Below are positions 36,414-50,700 of a stretch of DNA of 64,000 nt, one piece after another. The stretch is from positions 68,696,001 through 68,760,000 of the forward strand of contig NC_086097.1 of NCBI RefSeq assembly GCF_963921235.1, written 5' to 3'. The position numbers and the translations under genes were made by a program. Below the pieces are notes generated by a model that was not told the origin of the DNA, did not search any database, and worked only from the letters and a program-made list of their open reading frames with translations. The stretch's first letter is position 1; each line of letters opens with the position of its first letter. Source of the DNA: Mobula hypostoma. Lineage: Eukaryota.

Positions 36414-39400
36414 CTCTTTTTGAGACAAATTAAACATCCCATCACAATAATTTTCTTTCCTGTAAAGGATTTCTTTGACTTTGCAATCTGCACCTTGGTT
36501 ATCTTCCTTAATAGCATGACCATTTTGTGAAACATTTGTTTTGGTGCTAGGAGACAAATTGTCTTTTGGTTTCTCAAAATTAATGTCATTTGATTGTACC
36601 TCCACCACTGGATTAATTTTCATACCATGGGACCAATTTCCAGAAATATTTTCATAATTTTCTCTGTTCAATAGAAGTTTACTGGCCTCAACCATTTCAG
36701 CATTTGACATAACAGAGAAGGGCTCATTTTCTGATGAATATTTTGTTCTGTTTCTTTGTGCTGTAGGAAGCAAAGAATTAAGGTAAGGATTTTGAACATC
36801 ACATTCCAATGATTTGTTATCTTCTGGTGGGTTATTTGTTTGATTAATGGGAACAAAGCATGTATCTTGATCCTTAATAACTTTCTTTGTTTCACTCAGA
36901 TTTCTATCACATGTGTTTTGGTCAAATGGTGCCCCATTAATAGTGTTTGATACCACAATGTCTAGTTCATCATTTAACAATGGTAATTCATCCGGAATAG
37001 GGTCCTTTTGTAATGCAGAATCAAATAGGAAGGATTTATCGGATTGTTCTTCATGTAGAAAGTTCTCATCTTCACCATTGTTTTCCAATCTAGCCTCTTC
37101 ACTTAAATCTAACAGTAATGGTGTACTGCTTTTCTCATCTATGCAAGTGTTTACTTCACCACAGTCACTGTCATGTGATGATATGGACAAATAGGAGTAA
37201 AAGTCTCCTTTTCGAAGCTGCAAAGCTCGGTGAGAGTGTTTCAATACTTTTTCCTTGATCTGGGCCACTGATGTTGGACTCACCATTTCAGAGTCCTGCT
37301 GAGATATATTCTTCAGGGCAGAAGATGCCATATCAATTATTTCCTTCACAAAATTATGAACTGAACTATCTTCTTCCCCATCACTATGAGGAATATTAGA
37401 GTGGCACGTACAGTTTGAAATATCTTTTGCACAATCAATGTTAACTTCCTCCAACTCTCTGTTTCCTGAAATATGATGAGATGAAGATACAGCTGAATCT
37501 TTTTTGGCAGTATCTTTATCACCATGGCAGTTAAACATCAATTCTGCATGAGAATCTCGATGTCGTTGTTTTCCCTCATATTCACCAATGGCAGATTTAT
37601 CCCCATCTAATACTTCAACATCAGGAAATGTTTCAAGACTTTTCTTGTAAGTAGGCTCCCCATCAATGTTAAAAGTAGGTGATATTCCATTGTCTTCAAA
37701 ATATATAAGCTTTTTATCCTTCTTTTCGGATTGTGTCATGTTCTGGGGAACAGAAATCTGTTGTGATTCTGTTTTTTGTTCAAATGGTTTATTAAATAAT
37801 TCAGATTTCAAACATTCTGTTGTATGGGTTTTGCTAGTATTTTGCCCCTTTTCAAAGGAATTATGTTTTTTGCCGTCTAACATTCTTAGTTCTTTTTCAT
37901 CTTTTAGTGAAGATTTTTCCACATTGCCATTCTCTACATCATCTTTTAACTGGTGACTAGAGTGTCTGCGAGCTTCTGTTTCAGTCTGCAAGAAATGTCT
38001 TTCTTTTGGATGGAGCAAATTGCTTTTACATTCTTTAAACTCGGGCTGCTTTGATAATGAACTGTTTAAAAATGGATGAAGTGTGGAAGAATTTTTGAAA
38101 GCAGGTAACCTGATACTATTTGGGTCTGCCTTGCAACGATCTCTTTCTCCTGTGTTCAATTTTGGATTCAATTTTTTCTTTCCTTTCTGGGGGACAGAAA
38201 AGATTGGTTTAATCCAGTGGTGGAATTCGTTCTTCATGTAGTCTCTATCTAAAAGACGATTGTTTTCTTCATTAATGTCATCATCAGTAGCAATACTGGA
38301 ATCATCATCATCTTTAATGCACAGTTCCTCTTCAGTTAGTGTAAGGGTTGAACTGGAAAGTAAATCACTATCGTCTTCTTCATCAGTACAAGCAGAAGTA
38401 CAAGATACATTTACAATCATGCTGATATTGGTATCAGCTTCATCAGTTACTGAGTGATTAACACGCTTTTTGAATGATACATTGGAATCCAGAATTCTGT
38501 TTTTATGCACAATTATGTCCTCTGAGCATAAGGAGAGATCATCGCTGCTGCTTAGCTCTGTGAGAGAAGCAGCAGAATCTTCATTTGCTGATGATGCGGC
38601 ATCAAATGATTGCTGTCCAATGAATGACATTTTAAGAGAGTTGCTCTGCAGTGTAATATCAGAAACACTACGTTTTAGTTTTGGACTAATTGGATTCTGG
38701 ATGTTTTCTAAACGTTTCAAAAGGTCCAGTGTTCTCTTGCTTAACTCCCCCACTGCATCACTACTGATACTAATATCCCCTGAACCTTGGAGGCTAAATA
38801 GCTCCTCTGTGATTTTGCAGGGATTACCCCAGCTGTCTAAGGAAGTACTGCGATGGAGATCACCATTTTTGTGATTGTTAGTTCCATGCCTAAATATGTC
38901 ACCAGCAATTGAAAGAGACTCCACAGATGACCTCTGAGACAAAAATGTGAGATCTGTTTCATTTATATCTGGAGATACTCCATTGTCATCTATTTCACTA
39001 GGACCATTTTCAAGGTTAACTCTACTTGATGATGCTGGTAGGCATTTTTCTGATGTAGCCAAGTCTAGTGTACCATCTGGAGATGAGAGTCCGTTTTTAC
39101 AAATAATTTCAACTGGTTTTGGGCTCACATTTCCATTAGGAGTTTCCTTTCTTTCAGTTGTGTGACTTATGCTTAACTCAAGCTCAGGGCCCTGTAGGTA
39201 GGAATAGTCATAAAATGTGAACACATCATATTGTGCCTCCAGATCATTTGAAAAATCCTTTGAACTAATTTTATTCAGATGAAATGGCTGTAGATTATCC
39301 TCATTACTCAGACACTGTGATTGAATTTTTTTTGACAATTCTGTTTCACTTTTTGTTCTTTGTGTTTCTGCTATATTCTTTACTTCATTCTTTCCAAACG

Positions 39401-40052
39401 AGTCTTGCCTTTTACAAATGCATGATTGAATCGGACAATCTTTATGTTTCAGTTCTATTAGGGGGTGCAGAGATTTGCTAGATAGCTTAGTTTGTACTTG
39501 ATCATCATGGTTTGACAGAGAAGTTGTTTCTGCATCACCTTCACTAACTATTCCACTCTCACTCTCATGCCTCAGTGCTAATGGATTGTCCTCTTTTACT
39601 GGAATCAAATCACCCAGTAAGTCTGGCAAAGAATCATCAGAGGAGAAAGAAGAATCTTTACTTGCGCTCCTTCGTAAATTGGTTAAAAGCTTTGCATTGG
39701 AGAAATTTGGTGCATTATTGAAGTATGATGAAGAATCTCTTCCAGGCAGCTGTAGATTATTTAAGCTGTGGTGCTGATGGGAATATGGACAAGAGGAAAA
39801 AGATGGTTCACCAGGACTGTATAGTGATTCTCCAGGCCCACTGCTATAGTGGTCCAACATAAGTTCATCAATGAGATTATTCATAGGTTCAGGTGAAAAT
39901 TTTGATACATCATTCTGCTTGCATGCAAGATCAAGTGTTTCATCTTGGATACCAATCAAATTGTTACTCATGTCTGTTTCATCCCATTCCAGTGAATCTT
40001 CGCCTGAAATATTTAAGTCCATCAGGCCAGGTTCAATACAGCTTAAGGAGAC
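36414..40052 (-). CDS. AKAP6: AKAP6 (mAKAP) giant C-terminal exon, 3639 nt, phase 0-0
   Basis: 1209-aa ORF with AKAP6 motifs LEWDE, HESESGIVSEGD, SKRTLDLLKRLENIQ, KRSVSDITLQS, DDDSSIATDD and the RII-binding helix VHNFVKEIIDMASSALK; acceptor TTTTGTTATCTTCTAG|GTC and donor GAG|GTAGGT. Read-through stop at 36393 if unspliced. Confidence 0.95.
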
Positions 40053-40157
40053 CTAGAAGATAACAAAAATATTTTTAAGTGTTAGTTTTGTTTTAATGAG
40101 CATTGATAAATTAATGAGTAGCATTTTAAACAATATTGAACAAGAAGGCTGTCTGAA

Positions 40158-40252
40158 CAACGCACACAGAGCACTGGAGAAACTCAGCAGGCCAGGCAGC
40201 ATTTAGGAAAAGAGTACAGTCAACATTTCAGGCTGAGACCCTTCAGCAGGAC
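40158..40252 (-). mobile_element. Solo Penelope terminal-repeat unit with a mutated hammerhead
   Basis: Minus strand reads GTC-CTGCTGA-AGGGTCTCAGCCT-GAAA-TG-TT-GACTG; flanked by CTGTCTGAA and CTATCTGAA. Confidence 0.75.
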
Positions 40253-42269
40253 CTATCTGAAGTGGGATTCTTCAGAGCCTAGTACTGTGTTCCTCGTGTT
40301 TTATGATCTATATCAATGATTTAAGGATATAGGGGAAAATTCTAGGTGATACAAAAATTGACTCAAGCATAGACTAAGAATAGGGAAATCAGTCTAGAAT
40401 TTCCTAACACACTAGTATACACTGCACACTTTATTACAATGATATGGTAGAAAGTTTAGATAAGGTTTATGGGCAAATTTATTTCGTTATGGGAAAGCAT
40501 CATCTAGACTGCCATCACTTTCCTCAAATCAGAGGAGGCTAAGGAGAAGTTCAATTGACATCCTGAAAAATATCAGAAGGTACAGAGGAAGGGCTTATTT
40601 CTTTCTGCAGTGAGGTTATTTATGGGGATGAAATATCTGAAACTTACTGTATACATTTATACAGTAAATGTATAATCAAGGCTGAAATCCTTATCACATA
40701 TTTAGAAATATCTGGATGCGCATCCAGATTCCAGACATGAAAGTTAGAGAGTAGAATCAATCAATCTCAATACCGCTTTGTTGGATAGCATGTTGCATAA
40801 ATTTCTGTAAAAGACTAAATAATACACTTGATTTGCCCATAACTGCATGATATTAAGTAATGTGACTTCTCTATATTTTACATAAGACTCGATGGATATA
40901 GTTTCATCAATATATAGGGGGATTGCAAATTCACTGTCATAATTGGGCAAGTTGCGGTTCGTGCGGATACTGTAGTTATTCAATATCATCAAAGTTTGGA
41001 ATATTTTTATTTTTGGGCCTCAGTCAGAGTTAGGGGGTGTGCAGGCTATCTGTTTACTTTGGTGTTTGGCATCCTGCCCATTTGAAGGGGAGGAATTCCC
41101 CGCAAGCCCTTGAAGACTATTTAAAATATGAAGTCACACACCCATCGGTTTTACTGAAAGCAATAAAATACAGAAGTCGGAAGCTAACCAAGAAGTTTTA
41201 AGCAATTCCATGATTTCTTATCGAAGTTACTATAAGAAAGGATGTTAGCCTAGAAATGAGATTGGATGGGGCTATTCAAGTATAAATGTACGCATCATGA
41301 AGTGAAATGCCATTTCTTGGTTTTAATGCATCTCTTTGGGAATTCAATTTGGCACTTTCTATCATGAGTCACGTTTGCATGTCTGATGTGCATCAATTGT
41401 TCTTCCTTTGTTGTTGGTGAAATCAATATGTATTGTCCTAGCAGTTACCCTTGTTTGATGCTGTCTGGTCAACCAAGGCTTTGCTCCAATAAAAGTAAGT
41501 CCGACCCCACTGAGCTCCCACTCAGCCAATCTAGCAATTGACTGCCTGATCCCTGAGGTTCCCAATGGAAGCCCATATCCAACATGGTCCCAGACTCTTA
41601 CTTCATTTTTGATTTTCCCTCTACCCTCTAAGTCCCTGATGCTGGCTGCCTACTCAATGCTTTACCTGTTCATTGATTTTACTATATCCCATCCTATCTA
41701 CCCTAATTTTGAAAGCCATCCTTCTCTGCAGGCCCCAACACTGATCACTGGTTGAAAACCACCATACTTGTGGCTCCACTATTAATTGCTTAGTAGATCA
41801 AAAGACTAACCATTTGCAGCACTGTGACTCTCAATGTCCTGGAGATATCTCTGTCTAGGTTGTCCCCCAAAGTAGAACAATCCATAAGCAACAAGTAAGC
41901 TTCAAGCCATGGATCTTGATGGTGCATCCCCAAGCTGTCTTGGTGCCTTGATGCTGTATCCAGCAGCACATCAGAAGTGCTACCATTTGAGCTTCAGCTC
42001 ATCAGGGTGGAGGTTCCAATGGTCCTGCCCATTATTTCCATTTCATTGCATCCCATTTAGTAATAACTATTTCTCTATTTCTAGCTCTCAGAGCACTTTT
42101 ATCCCCTGCACACATCCATCTTATTCTGATCATGCAGTCCTGCACTTCTACAATAGCCATGGGTAGTTTTCAGTTCTTACCTGATTGCAAGATAGCAATA
42201 GGAGTAAGCTATTTATATTCTCTAATCTAGTCCACAAGTTAAAGTACAAAATTGGCAAAAGACCAAATA

Positions 42270-44280
42270 ACATTAGACAGAAACCTGTAAATGTTGATTG
42301 GGAGACTCTGTTAGCAGGTAAAAGGATGTTTGACAAATGGCAGGCTTTGAAAATTGACATAACAAGAACTCAGTGCCAACAGGTTCCTGTTAGAGGAGAA
42401 GGCAAGGCTGGCAGGATTAGGTAACCCTGGTTGTTGAGGGCCTTTGAGGCTTTAGTCAGGAAAAAGAAAGAGGCATATGTCAGGAGGCATAGGCAGCTGG
42501 GATCAAGAAATGCTCTGAGGAGAATAAAGGATGTACCAGTGCACTGAAGATGGAAATCAGGAAAACAAAAAGGCGACATGAGATATGCCTGACAGATAAG
42601 GGAATGGAGAATCTTAAGACATTCTATAAGCATATATGAAGAGCAAAAGGTTATTGGGGGAGAGATTAAGTCTCATTAAGGTTGTGTGGTTATCTACGCG
42701 TGAAGCCACAGGAGATGAGTAGAGCCTTAAGTGAATATTTTCACCTTTAGTTCTCATGAGGAGGGTAATGGAAGTGAGAGCAACCAGGGAAAAGAACAAT
42801 GATGTTCTGAAACATATCAATATTGTTTAAGAGAAGGTGTTGGTGGCCTTGATGCAGATAAAAGTGGATAAATCTCAAGGACCTGACCAAGTATATTATA
42901 TAACATTGTGTGAAACAAGGAAAGAAACAGCCATGGAAGAGGTACCAGAAGACTGAGGGTGGCTACTTAAGAAGAGCTGCAAAGACAAGTCAAAGAACTA
43001 CAGGCCAGTGAACTTAAATTGTGGAAAAGTTACTGGAAATTATTCTGAGAGACATAGTCTTACTGTATTTGGAAAGGTAAACACTGATTAGGGATAGTGA
43101 GCAAGGCTTTTGAGGATGGGGATCATTTCTCACAAATTTTATTGAGTTTCTTGAAGAGGTGACCAAGAGGTTTGATGAGGGAGGGCTATAGACATGAGCT
43201 AAAGACATTGTCTGTAGATTTTAGCAAGATTTTTGACAAGCTCCTGTATGGTAAACTGATCCAGAAAGTGAAATTGTATTGGATCCAAGGTGAGCGAGCC
43301 AAATGGATATAAAATTGATGGAAAAGGTCAGAGAATGATAGGGGAGTGTTGTTTTCTTTCAGTGTGGACACCACTGACCAGTAGTGTGCCACAGGTATCA
43401 GTGTTTTAACTCCTGCTGTCTGTCATATATATATTAATGATTTGGACGAAAATCTAGGTGGTATGTTTTGGTAAGTTTACAGATGACAGCAAAACTGACA
43501 GTGTAATGGGCAGTGAAAATGTTTGTGTAAGGTTACAAAGGGCCCGAGATCAATGAGGAAATGAGCAAAGAAATGGCAGATGCTGTTTATTTATTTAGAG
43601 ATACAGTGTGGAACAAGCCTTTCCAGCCCACTGAGCTATGCTGCACAGTTACCTACCAATTTAACTCTAGCTTAATCACAGGAACAATTTACAATGACTA
43701 ATTCACATACTAACTGGTATATCTTTGGACAGTGGGAGGAAATCGGAGCACCCAGAGAAAACCGAGGATGCCAGAATTGAGCTCCAAACTCCAATGCCCT
43801 GAGTTGCTATAACGTTGTGCTAACCGCTACACTACTGTGCTCTAACTCCGATAAGTGTGGTGATGTATTTTTTAGAAATTAAACCAGAGTGGAACATACA
43901 CATGGAATGACAAGATCCTGGGGAGTGTTGTAGAATAGAGAGGCTTTGGGGTACCTGTACATAGTTTCCTACAAGTGGTTGTGATGGGTAGATAAGATGG
44001 TGAAGAAGGCATAAGGCACACTTCCATTTGCTGGATAGAAAAATGTGTGCAAGCATTGGGATATCATGTTACAGCTGCACAAGGCATTGGTAAGACTGCA
44101 CCTAGAATATTGCATGCAGTTCTGATCACCCATACTATAGAAAGAAGGTGATGAGAAAGGAGGCTAAGAATTGATCCGACGAGGATTAATAAAGTCATGA
44201 GGGACATAGATAAGATGGATGATCATTGTCTTTTATCTAAGGGTAGAAGAGTACACAGTTAGAGGGTGTAGTTTAAATGC
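42270..44280 (+). mobile_element. Old decayed CR1 LINE
   Basis: Remnants VDWETLLAGK, DKSQGPD, NYRPVNL, FIEFLEEVTK, KFTDD, LVRLHLEYCMQF. Confidence 0.85.
43586..43840 (-). mobile_element. tRNA-headed V-SINE (HE1-like) inserted in a CR1
   Basis: Minus strand: tRNA-like head GTAGTGTAGCGGTTAGCAC, V-domain CTCTGGGTGCTCCGATTTCCTCCCAC, CR1-like tail and (TAAA)n; the host CR1 is continuous across the insertion. Confidence 0.8.
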
Positions 44281-45389
44281 ATGTGTGTGTGGGGGGGTAT
44301 ATTTCAGGGTCAGGGCTTGTGCACTATTGTATTTGAGGCCCAGTTCTCATCCAGGTCAGGTCACTGGACTGCAGGAAGCAAATGGTTGTCATGGACCCTG
44401 CAAATCCTGGACTGTTAAGTGTGGTTATGTAGGGACTGTGGGTAGCAGTCCCTATCAGTAGTTCCTGTCCAGCACAATCGCAATAAGTGTGCAGACTTAT
44501 TAGAAAAATAATAATTTAAACAAAAACAATAAGTTTACAATCCAAATAGGTCCATTATTTTCATAGCTTTTTGTTACAGATTCTTAAAATAACATTTTCT
44601 TCATGCGACAGTCACTTTCCAGAGTCCTAGGGGCTTATTTCTATCCACAGCTTTCTATCAGAGCAGCATGATCTTTCCAAAGTGTTAAAGAGTTGCTTTT
44701 GACAAGGTTAAACTTTTAACCAATATTATTTTCACACTTTCTTGTTGTAAATAAGTAAACAGTGAGATCTTGTAGGCCCATGTTTAATCAAAGGGGTTAT
44801 ATTAATTGTTCTGCATCAAACCAGACAACACTGACAAAGTCATTTGTACCAAGGAAACTGGCAGACCAGACTATTTTGTCAAATAGACTATCAAGCATGG
44901 TAACAAGTATAGTTGATCAATCAATAGTTAGGATATTTGTGTACTCCAAGAGTCAGCCCTCACAGCATTAATTTTGGGTGTCTAGGAACTCTGTCCCCAG
45001 AAGCTTTTAGACTATCTATGTGAATTACTTTGTCCCAGCAAAGGTAGTTGAAAAATATCAGATGCAGATAATGTCAAACTCTAGTAGCAAAACAGTATAT
45101 ATGTAAAAAAGTGTGTGGGATTGTTAATAATGACAAAGGGAATAACAGAAAGACAGGGTGAAAGTAAGAACTAGAATTAATTCCTCAGTCTTCAGTTTCT
45201 ACAATGGAAGACTTGCTTATCTGCAACTCAATGGTCTGTTCTTTTAGTTCATAAGAGCTGTACCTGTGTTTGGAAATCCTTTGTAGTTTATAAATCTTTT
45301 GGAATTTAGAAATCTTTTATAAATCAGAAATCCTCCATGAGTTTTAAATGTGCATTTAAAAACTACATTTTTAAATACATATTAAGTAC

Positions 45390-46230
45390 TATGTTCTGTT
45401 GTGGGCCAAATCAGCATGTAGAAGGGAGATTGAAAATCTGGCTGAGAGGTGTCATAATAACAATCTCTCACTCAATGTCAGCAAGACCAAGGAACTGATT
45501 ATAGACTTCATAGAGTATATAGACTGGCTGTTTCACAGCCTGGTATGGAAACACCAATGCACTTGAATGGAAAATCCTATAAAAAAAATAGTGGATTTGG
45601 CCCCGACCATCTTGGGCAAAGCTTGTGCAGTAACTTAACCAATATTTTTCCATAGCCTATTTCAATTAAATCTTTGACTAATTTTCGAACTCTTGAGAAT
45701 GTTGAGCACATCTATGTGAAATGCTGCCATGGCAAGTCAACATCTGTCATCGGGGATTCTTACCAAACAGGTCATGCTCTCTTCTCACTGCTGCCATCAG
45801 GAAGAAGGTATAGGAGTCTATAACCAGATCCTTGGTCTTGCTGACATTGAGTGAGAGAAGGTACACCACCAGGTTCAAGGACAGTTACTAATACTCAACC
45901 TTCAGGCTCTTAAACAAAAGTGGATAACTTCACTCAACTGAACTTGCCCCCATCATTGAAATATTCCCACAACCCATGAACTCACTTTCAAGGACTCTTT
46001 GTCTCACTTTCACATTATTTATCACTATTTATTTATATTTGCATTTGCGCAGTTTGTTGTCTTTTGCCCTCTGGGTGAACATCTTAGTTGGGTGGTCTTT
46101 CATTGATTATGTTATAGTTATTATTCTATAGATTTGTTGAGTATGCTCACAAGAAAACGAATTTCAGGGTTGTATATGCTGACATATATGTACTTTGTTA
46201 GCAAAAATTTTGTTTGAACTTTGAACTTGA
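45390..46230 (+). mobile_element. Rex-like LINE 3' portion with small internal rearrangements
   Basis: Matches 30480-31385; 45828-45857 is an inverted copy of 45466-45495; tail TTTGAACTTTGAAC. Confidence 0.85.
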
Positions 46231-47749
46231 CTAAATTTAAATTTATATCATTAAAAATAAAATAAACCATTTAAACTATTTTGTTAGCCGGAAGTATCTC
46301 CTTCTGGTTAGAAAGTGGTACCCACCACTCAGTAGTGGGTATTGGCCATTAGACCTCACCACAGAGACTAATCAGGGAAGTAAGCTTGTCTTTGAAGAGT
46401 CAATTGACACAGTATAACTTCCCTATAGTGAAGGTACTGTACCTGCAAATGCCGATATCAGGTAGGGCTTTAAACCTCCTTTTGAATTTAGGGCTTTGCA
46501 GACAGCAAACCCAATACGATCACACTCAAGAGAAGTACACCTTTTGGAGCTGAACCAATTGTCATGTATATAACAGAGGATATTAAAGGAAAATATTGAA
46601 TAAAATCATTATATCTTCTCCAATGAAGTTCAAAGAGTCACTTTGAAGAAAGCATTGCCTGTCAATGTTTATTACACTTTGTATCAAGGCAAATTGTTAT
46701 TTTGCCCTATCACTCATAAACTGCATTTCTAATGGATTAATCTGCTGAGTGTTCAAAAATAAATGGCCATACGCTTCCAGCAGTAAATTTACAGATGCTG
46801 CAGTATTTTCAATTATCAATACATAATCTGAAAAGAAACATAATTTGTCATAAATTAAAAATAACGAATCCTTTAGACTATTATTCAAATTTAAAAGTGC
46901 CTGATTGTCATAATATCTAGGAAATTGCACTTTGAACTTATGTTTTCATGAGGCCACAAACAGCACCAATTTTAAATTGATTTCTTTCTTGAATGCCTTT
47001 ATGTTATGATTGTAAATGATTCTCTCTACATACAACTTTTACTTTTATCAACTTTTAATCAAAGACATTAAAGAAACACAATGCTACAGGCCTCAATAAA
47101 TCTACAGTGTCTTTTTCAATGTTCGTAGCTCAGATTTCCCTTATACTAACATACCCAATACCATATCTCTTAATTGTGGTGCTTTAAAATGATTACTCCC
47201 TCATCACTAAAAGTAGAGAGTACCAGAGATTCATGAGCATTTCATGGAAGCACCTTTTCCTCACTTCAGTCCTAAATAGCTGATCCCTTCCCCTAAGACA
47301 ATGATCTCCAGTTACAGACACACTATCTAAACTGTGAAGGAATATGGTTTTGGTTTTAGTCCGTCACAGTATGTTGCCAGTATTGCCAGATGTGAAGGGT
47401 CTATCTCATATGCACAATGGACTCCAATTACTGTATGTGAAAATCTACACCTCAGAGCAGAGTCCCTTCCTCTAAAGTGCCACTGACAGAAGCAAGCTGA
47501 GCCAGAGCTTTATCATTAGTGAAATCTGAGAGCAATCTTAATAACCTTCAAATATTTCTAACATTCAGTGACCTTTAAAAACTGTAGGTCACACTTGGTA
47601 GAGGTAGCTGAATTCTTTCCACAAGGAGAACTTGTGAACCGGGTGAGTTCTTACACCAATCTGGTAGTTTCATTGACACCACTGATGAGAGTTCTGTTTC
47701 TAAAATTCAACTTAATTACTTGAATTTAAATTTGATAGCACTAATAAAG

Positions 47750-50700
47750 GCTGGGACTTGTATATCAAGAGGGTTGAACTGTATTGTAGCACAAACAACG
47801 TGGAAGAGAAAAGGAGGCATCCACATTTCTTAGCTTTAGTCTCTTATGCAATCTACTAACCCCTGAAAAGCTAGCAAGCAAGACATTTGACAAATTTGTT
47901 ACAATTTTACAAAAGCACTTGAGCAATAAACTGCTGGCAATAGCTGAGAGATTTAGATTTTACAAAAGGAATCAGTCAAAAGATGAAAGCATTTCTGAAT
48001 ACATTGCAGAACTGTGCAAACTTTCCCAGTACTATGATTTTCTGATCAAAGCACTCAAAGGCTATTATCTGAAAGAGACCTAACATTAGAATGGACATTG
48101 ACCATTGTAATATCATTAGAGACTGCAGCAGAACTACAGAAAAGGAGGTTAGAATGTGAAGTGCACAAAATGTTCTGAATAGTGCAAAAAGCCAAAGATG
48201 TTATTGATGTGGCAAATCCTCCCATGATGCATGTAACTGTTGGTTGGAAGAAAAAGTCTGCAGAAAGTGTCATAGACAAGGTTACATAGAGAGAATGTGC
48301 AAGGCAGACAAAAACCACAACCAAGTGAAAAATCTCAAACACAAAACTAAGCAAGTGCATAAAATTACTGAATGTAAAACAGAGTCAAACAACACAATCT
48401 GACAAAGGTGAACTGTCATGCCTAGAACTGCATAGTACAACTGAAGCAGGTCACAAAATCATCATGATCACAATAGATGTGTGGTGTAAAAACTGAAAAT
48501 GGAGTTGGATACAGGGTCAGCTTTGTCCATAATTCCAGAGGATGACTATAACAGACTGTTTTCTAAGATACCATTAGAGAAGACCTCAGTGATGCTAAAG
48601 ACTTAGATTAGTGAAAATGTGTTTCCCAAACGCAAACTAAAAGTAAATGTGACATATGGAAGCCAAACACAACGGTTAGAGTTTTACATATTGAAAAGTG
48701 GAGGGCCAGCATTTTTTGGACATGAATGGTTATGAAAAATCCAACTAGACTGGCACTCAATCAAAGTTCTCAGTGTGATATCAACAGGCAACAGCAGCCC
48801 AAATGGTAGCACTAACCAGAGACTGGCACACCTGCTTAATGTTTATGAGAAGGTGTTTGAGAGGGTATTGGTAAACTCAAAGGCGTGAAGGTCAGAATTG
48901 AACTGGATGAAACAGCAACACCAAGATTCCATAAAGGACATCCAGTGTCTTACACACTTTGTCCTAAAGAGGATGCTGAACTGCAGAGCTTGGAGGTGTC
49001 TGGAATTTTCTCCAAGGTTGGGTGGAGTGAATGGGGCACGCTGTTGTCCTGCTTGATCAAGGAAGGGAAGGCTGGAGCTATTTGCATATGTGGGAATTTC
49101 AAGGTGAGCATCAACCCGATGCTGCGTACTGTGCAGTATCCCCTGTCATGAATAGAAGACATTTTTGCATCTTTGGCAGGCGGTGAGAGGTTTTCACAGA
49201 TTGGCTTATCAGAAGCCTATCTGCAAATGGGGATTGAGGAGTCAAGTGAGGAGTTCCTCACGGTCAACATTCATAAGGGACTGTTCCAGTATAGTCGTTT
49301 CATCTTTGACACCGCATCAGCTCCTACAATTTGGCAAAAAGCCATGGACAAAGTGCTCCAAGATATCACTGAAAACAATGTGACCTTGATGACATCATCA
49401 TGATGGGCAAAAATGATGAAGAGCCCCTTCAGAACCTTTGTAAAGTGCTTACCAGGCTGAGTGAGTATGGTCTGTGTGCAAAGAGAGAAAATGTGTTTTT
49501 CATGAATGAAATCTCATATTGTGGACATGTCATTGACAAACATGGCTTACATAAGTCACAAGAGAAGATTGAAGCAGTGCTGCAGGCACCCAAACCAGAA
49601 AATGTGTCACAACTCAGGTCATACTTCCCCTTGTAAACTACAACCACCAGTTTCTCCCAAACATTGCTACAGTGCTGCATCCTTTGAATGAACTGTTGCA
49701 AACAGGAGCAAAATGGGAATGGTCAGAAAGAGGTGAAAGAGCATTCAAGGAAACAGAGACTAATAACATCAGATGAACTGCTCACCCATAATAACCCATC
49801 CCTGCTCATCAGACTGGCGTGCGATACGTCCCTTTACAGGACATCTCTGGAGCTGTTTTGTCACACATTATGAAAGATGGATCTGAATGCCCAATTGCGT
49901 TTGCTTGAAAATCACTGATGAGCACAGAACACAACTACACACAGGTTGACCGAGACCCTTAGTCTAGTATGGGGAATAAAGAGGTTCCACCATTACTTCT
50001 ATGGACAAAAATTTATGCTAGTGACAGTTCACAAGCCCCTTGTGTCCATTTCAATCCCAGAAAGGAAATTCCAGTGATGACTGCTACCAAGTTACAATGT
50101 TAGGGTTTATTCATAGGAGCCCACTCTTATGACATAAAGTTCAAGGGTACCATGCAACACAGCAACTCTGGTGGCTTGTCACATCTTCCACTATTGGCAA
50201 ATGAAGAAGAAATGTCTTCATACTGTGACCTAGCCGAAGTGTTCCACACCGTATTGGTGGACCAGTTTCCGGTAACAAATTCTAAAATACTAAGGGAAAC
50301 AAGGAATGACCCGACATTGTCTAAAGTCTATGAAATCACCATGCAAGGAGGGCCAGCTTATGGTGGCCCTATGTTTCCAGAGTTCTCAGCAAGACGAGAC
50401 CAACTGTCGGTATGTCAAAGAACCCTGATTTGTGGATCTCGTGTTGTGGTTCCATCTAAACTGTGCACTGGAGTGTTAGAAAATCTGCTGAAGGACACTT
50501 GGGTACAGACAAGATGAAGAGGCTCACAGGGAGTTATGTATGGTGACCGGGAATAGTTAAGTAGATTGAAGACTTGGCCAAAAGCTGTTCAGACTGCTAA
50601 AAAAGTTCAAAATGCACCCCCATATGCACCATTACACTTGAGGAAGTGGCCATCATCACCATGGCAAAGACTACATATTAACTAAGCTGGGCCATTCATG

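Noticed and set aside
36668-40056. Many Ser-rich + strand ORFs and one alternative-frame minus ORF
   Set aside because: Antisense or frame shadows of the AKAP6 exon, with no independent support.
44430-44454. 9-bp hairpin TAGGGACTG/CAGTCCCTA
   Set aside because: A single short stem; not distinguishable from chance without conservation data.
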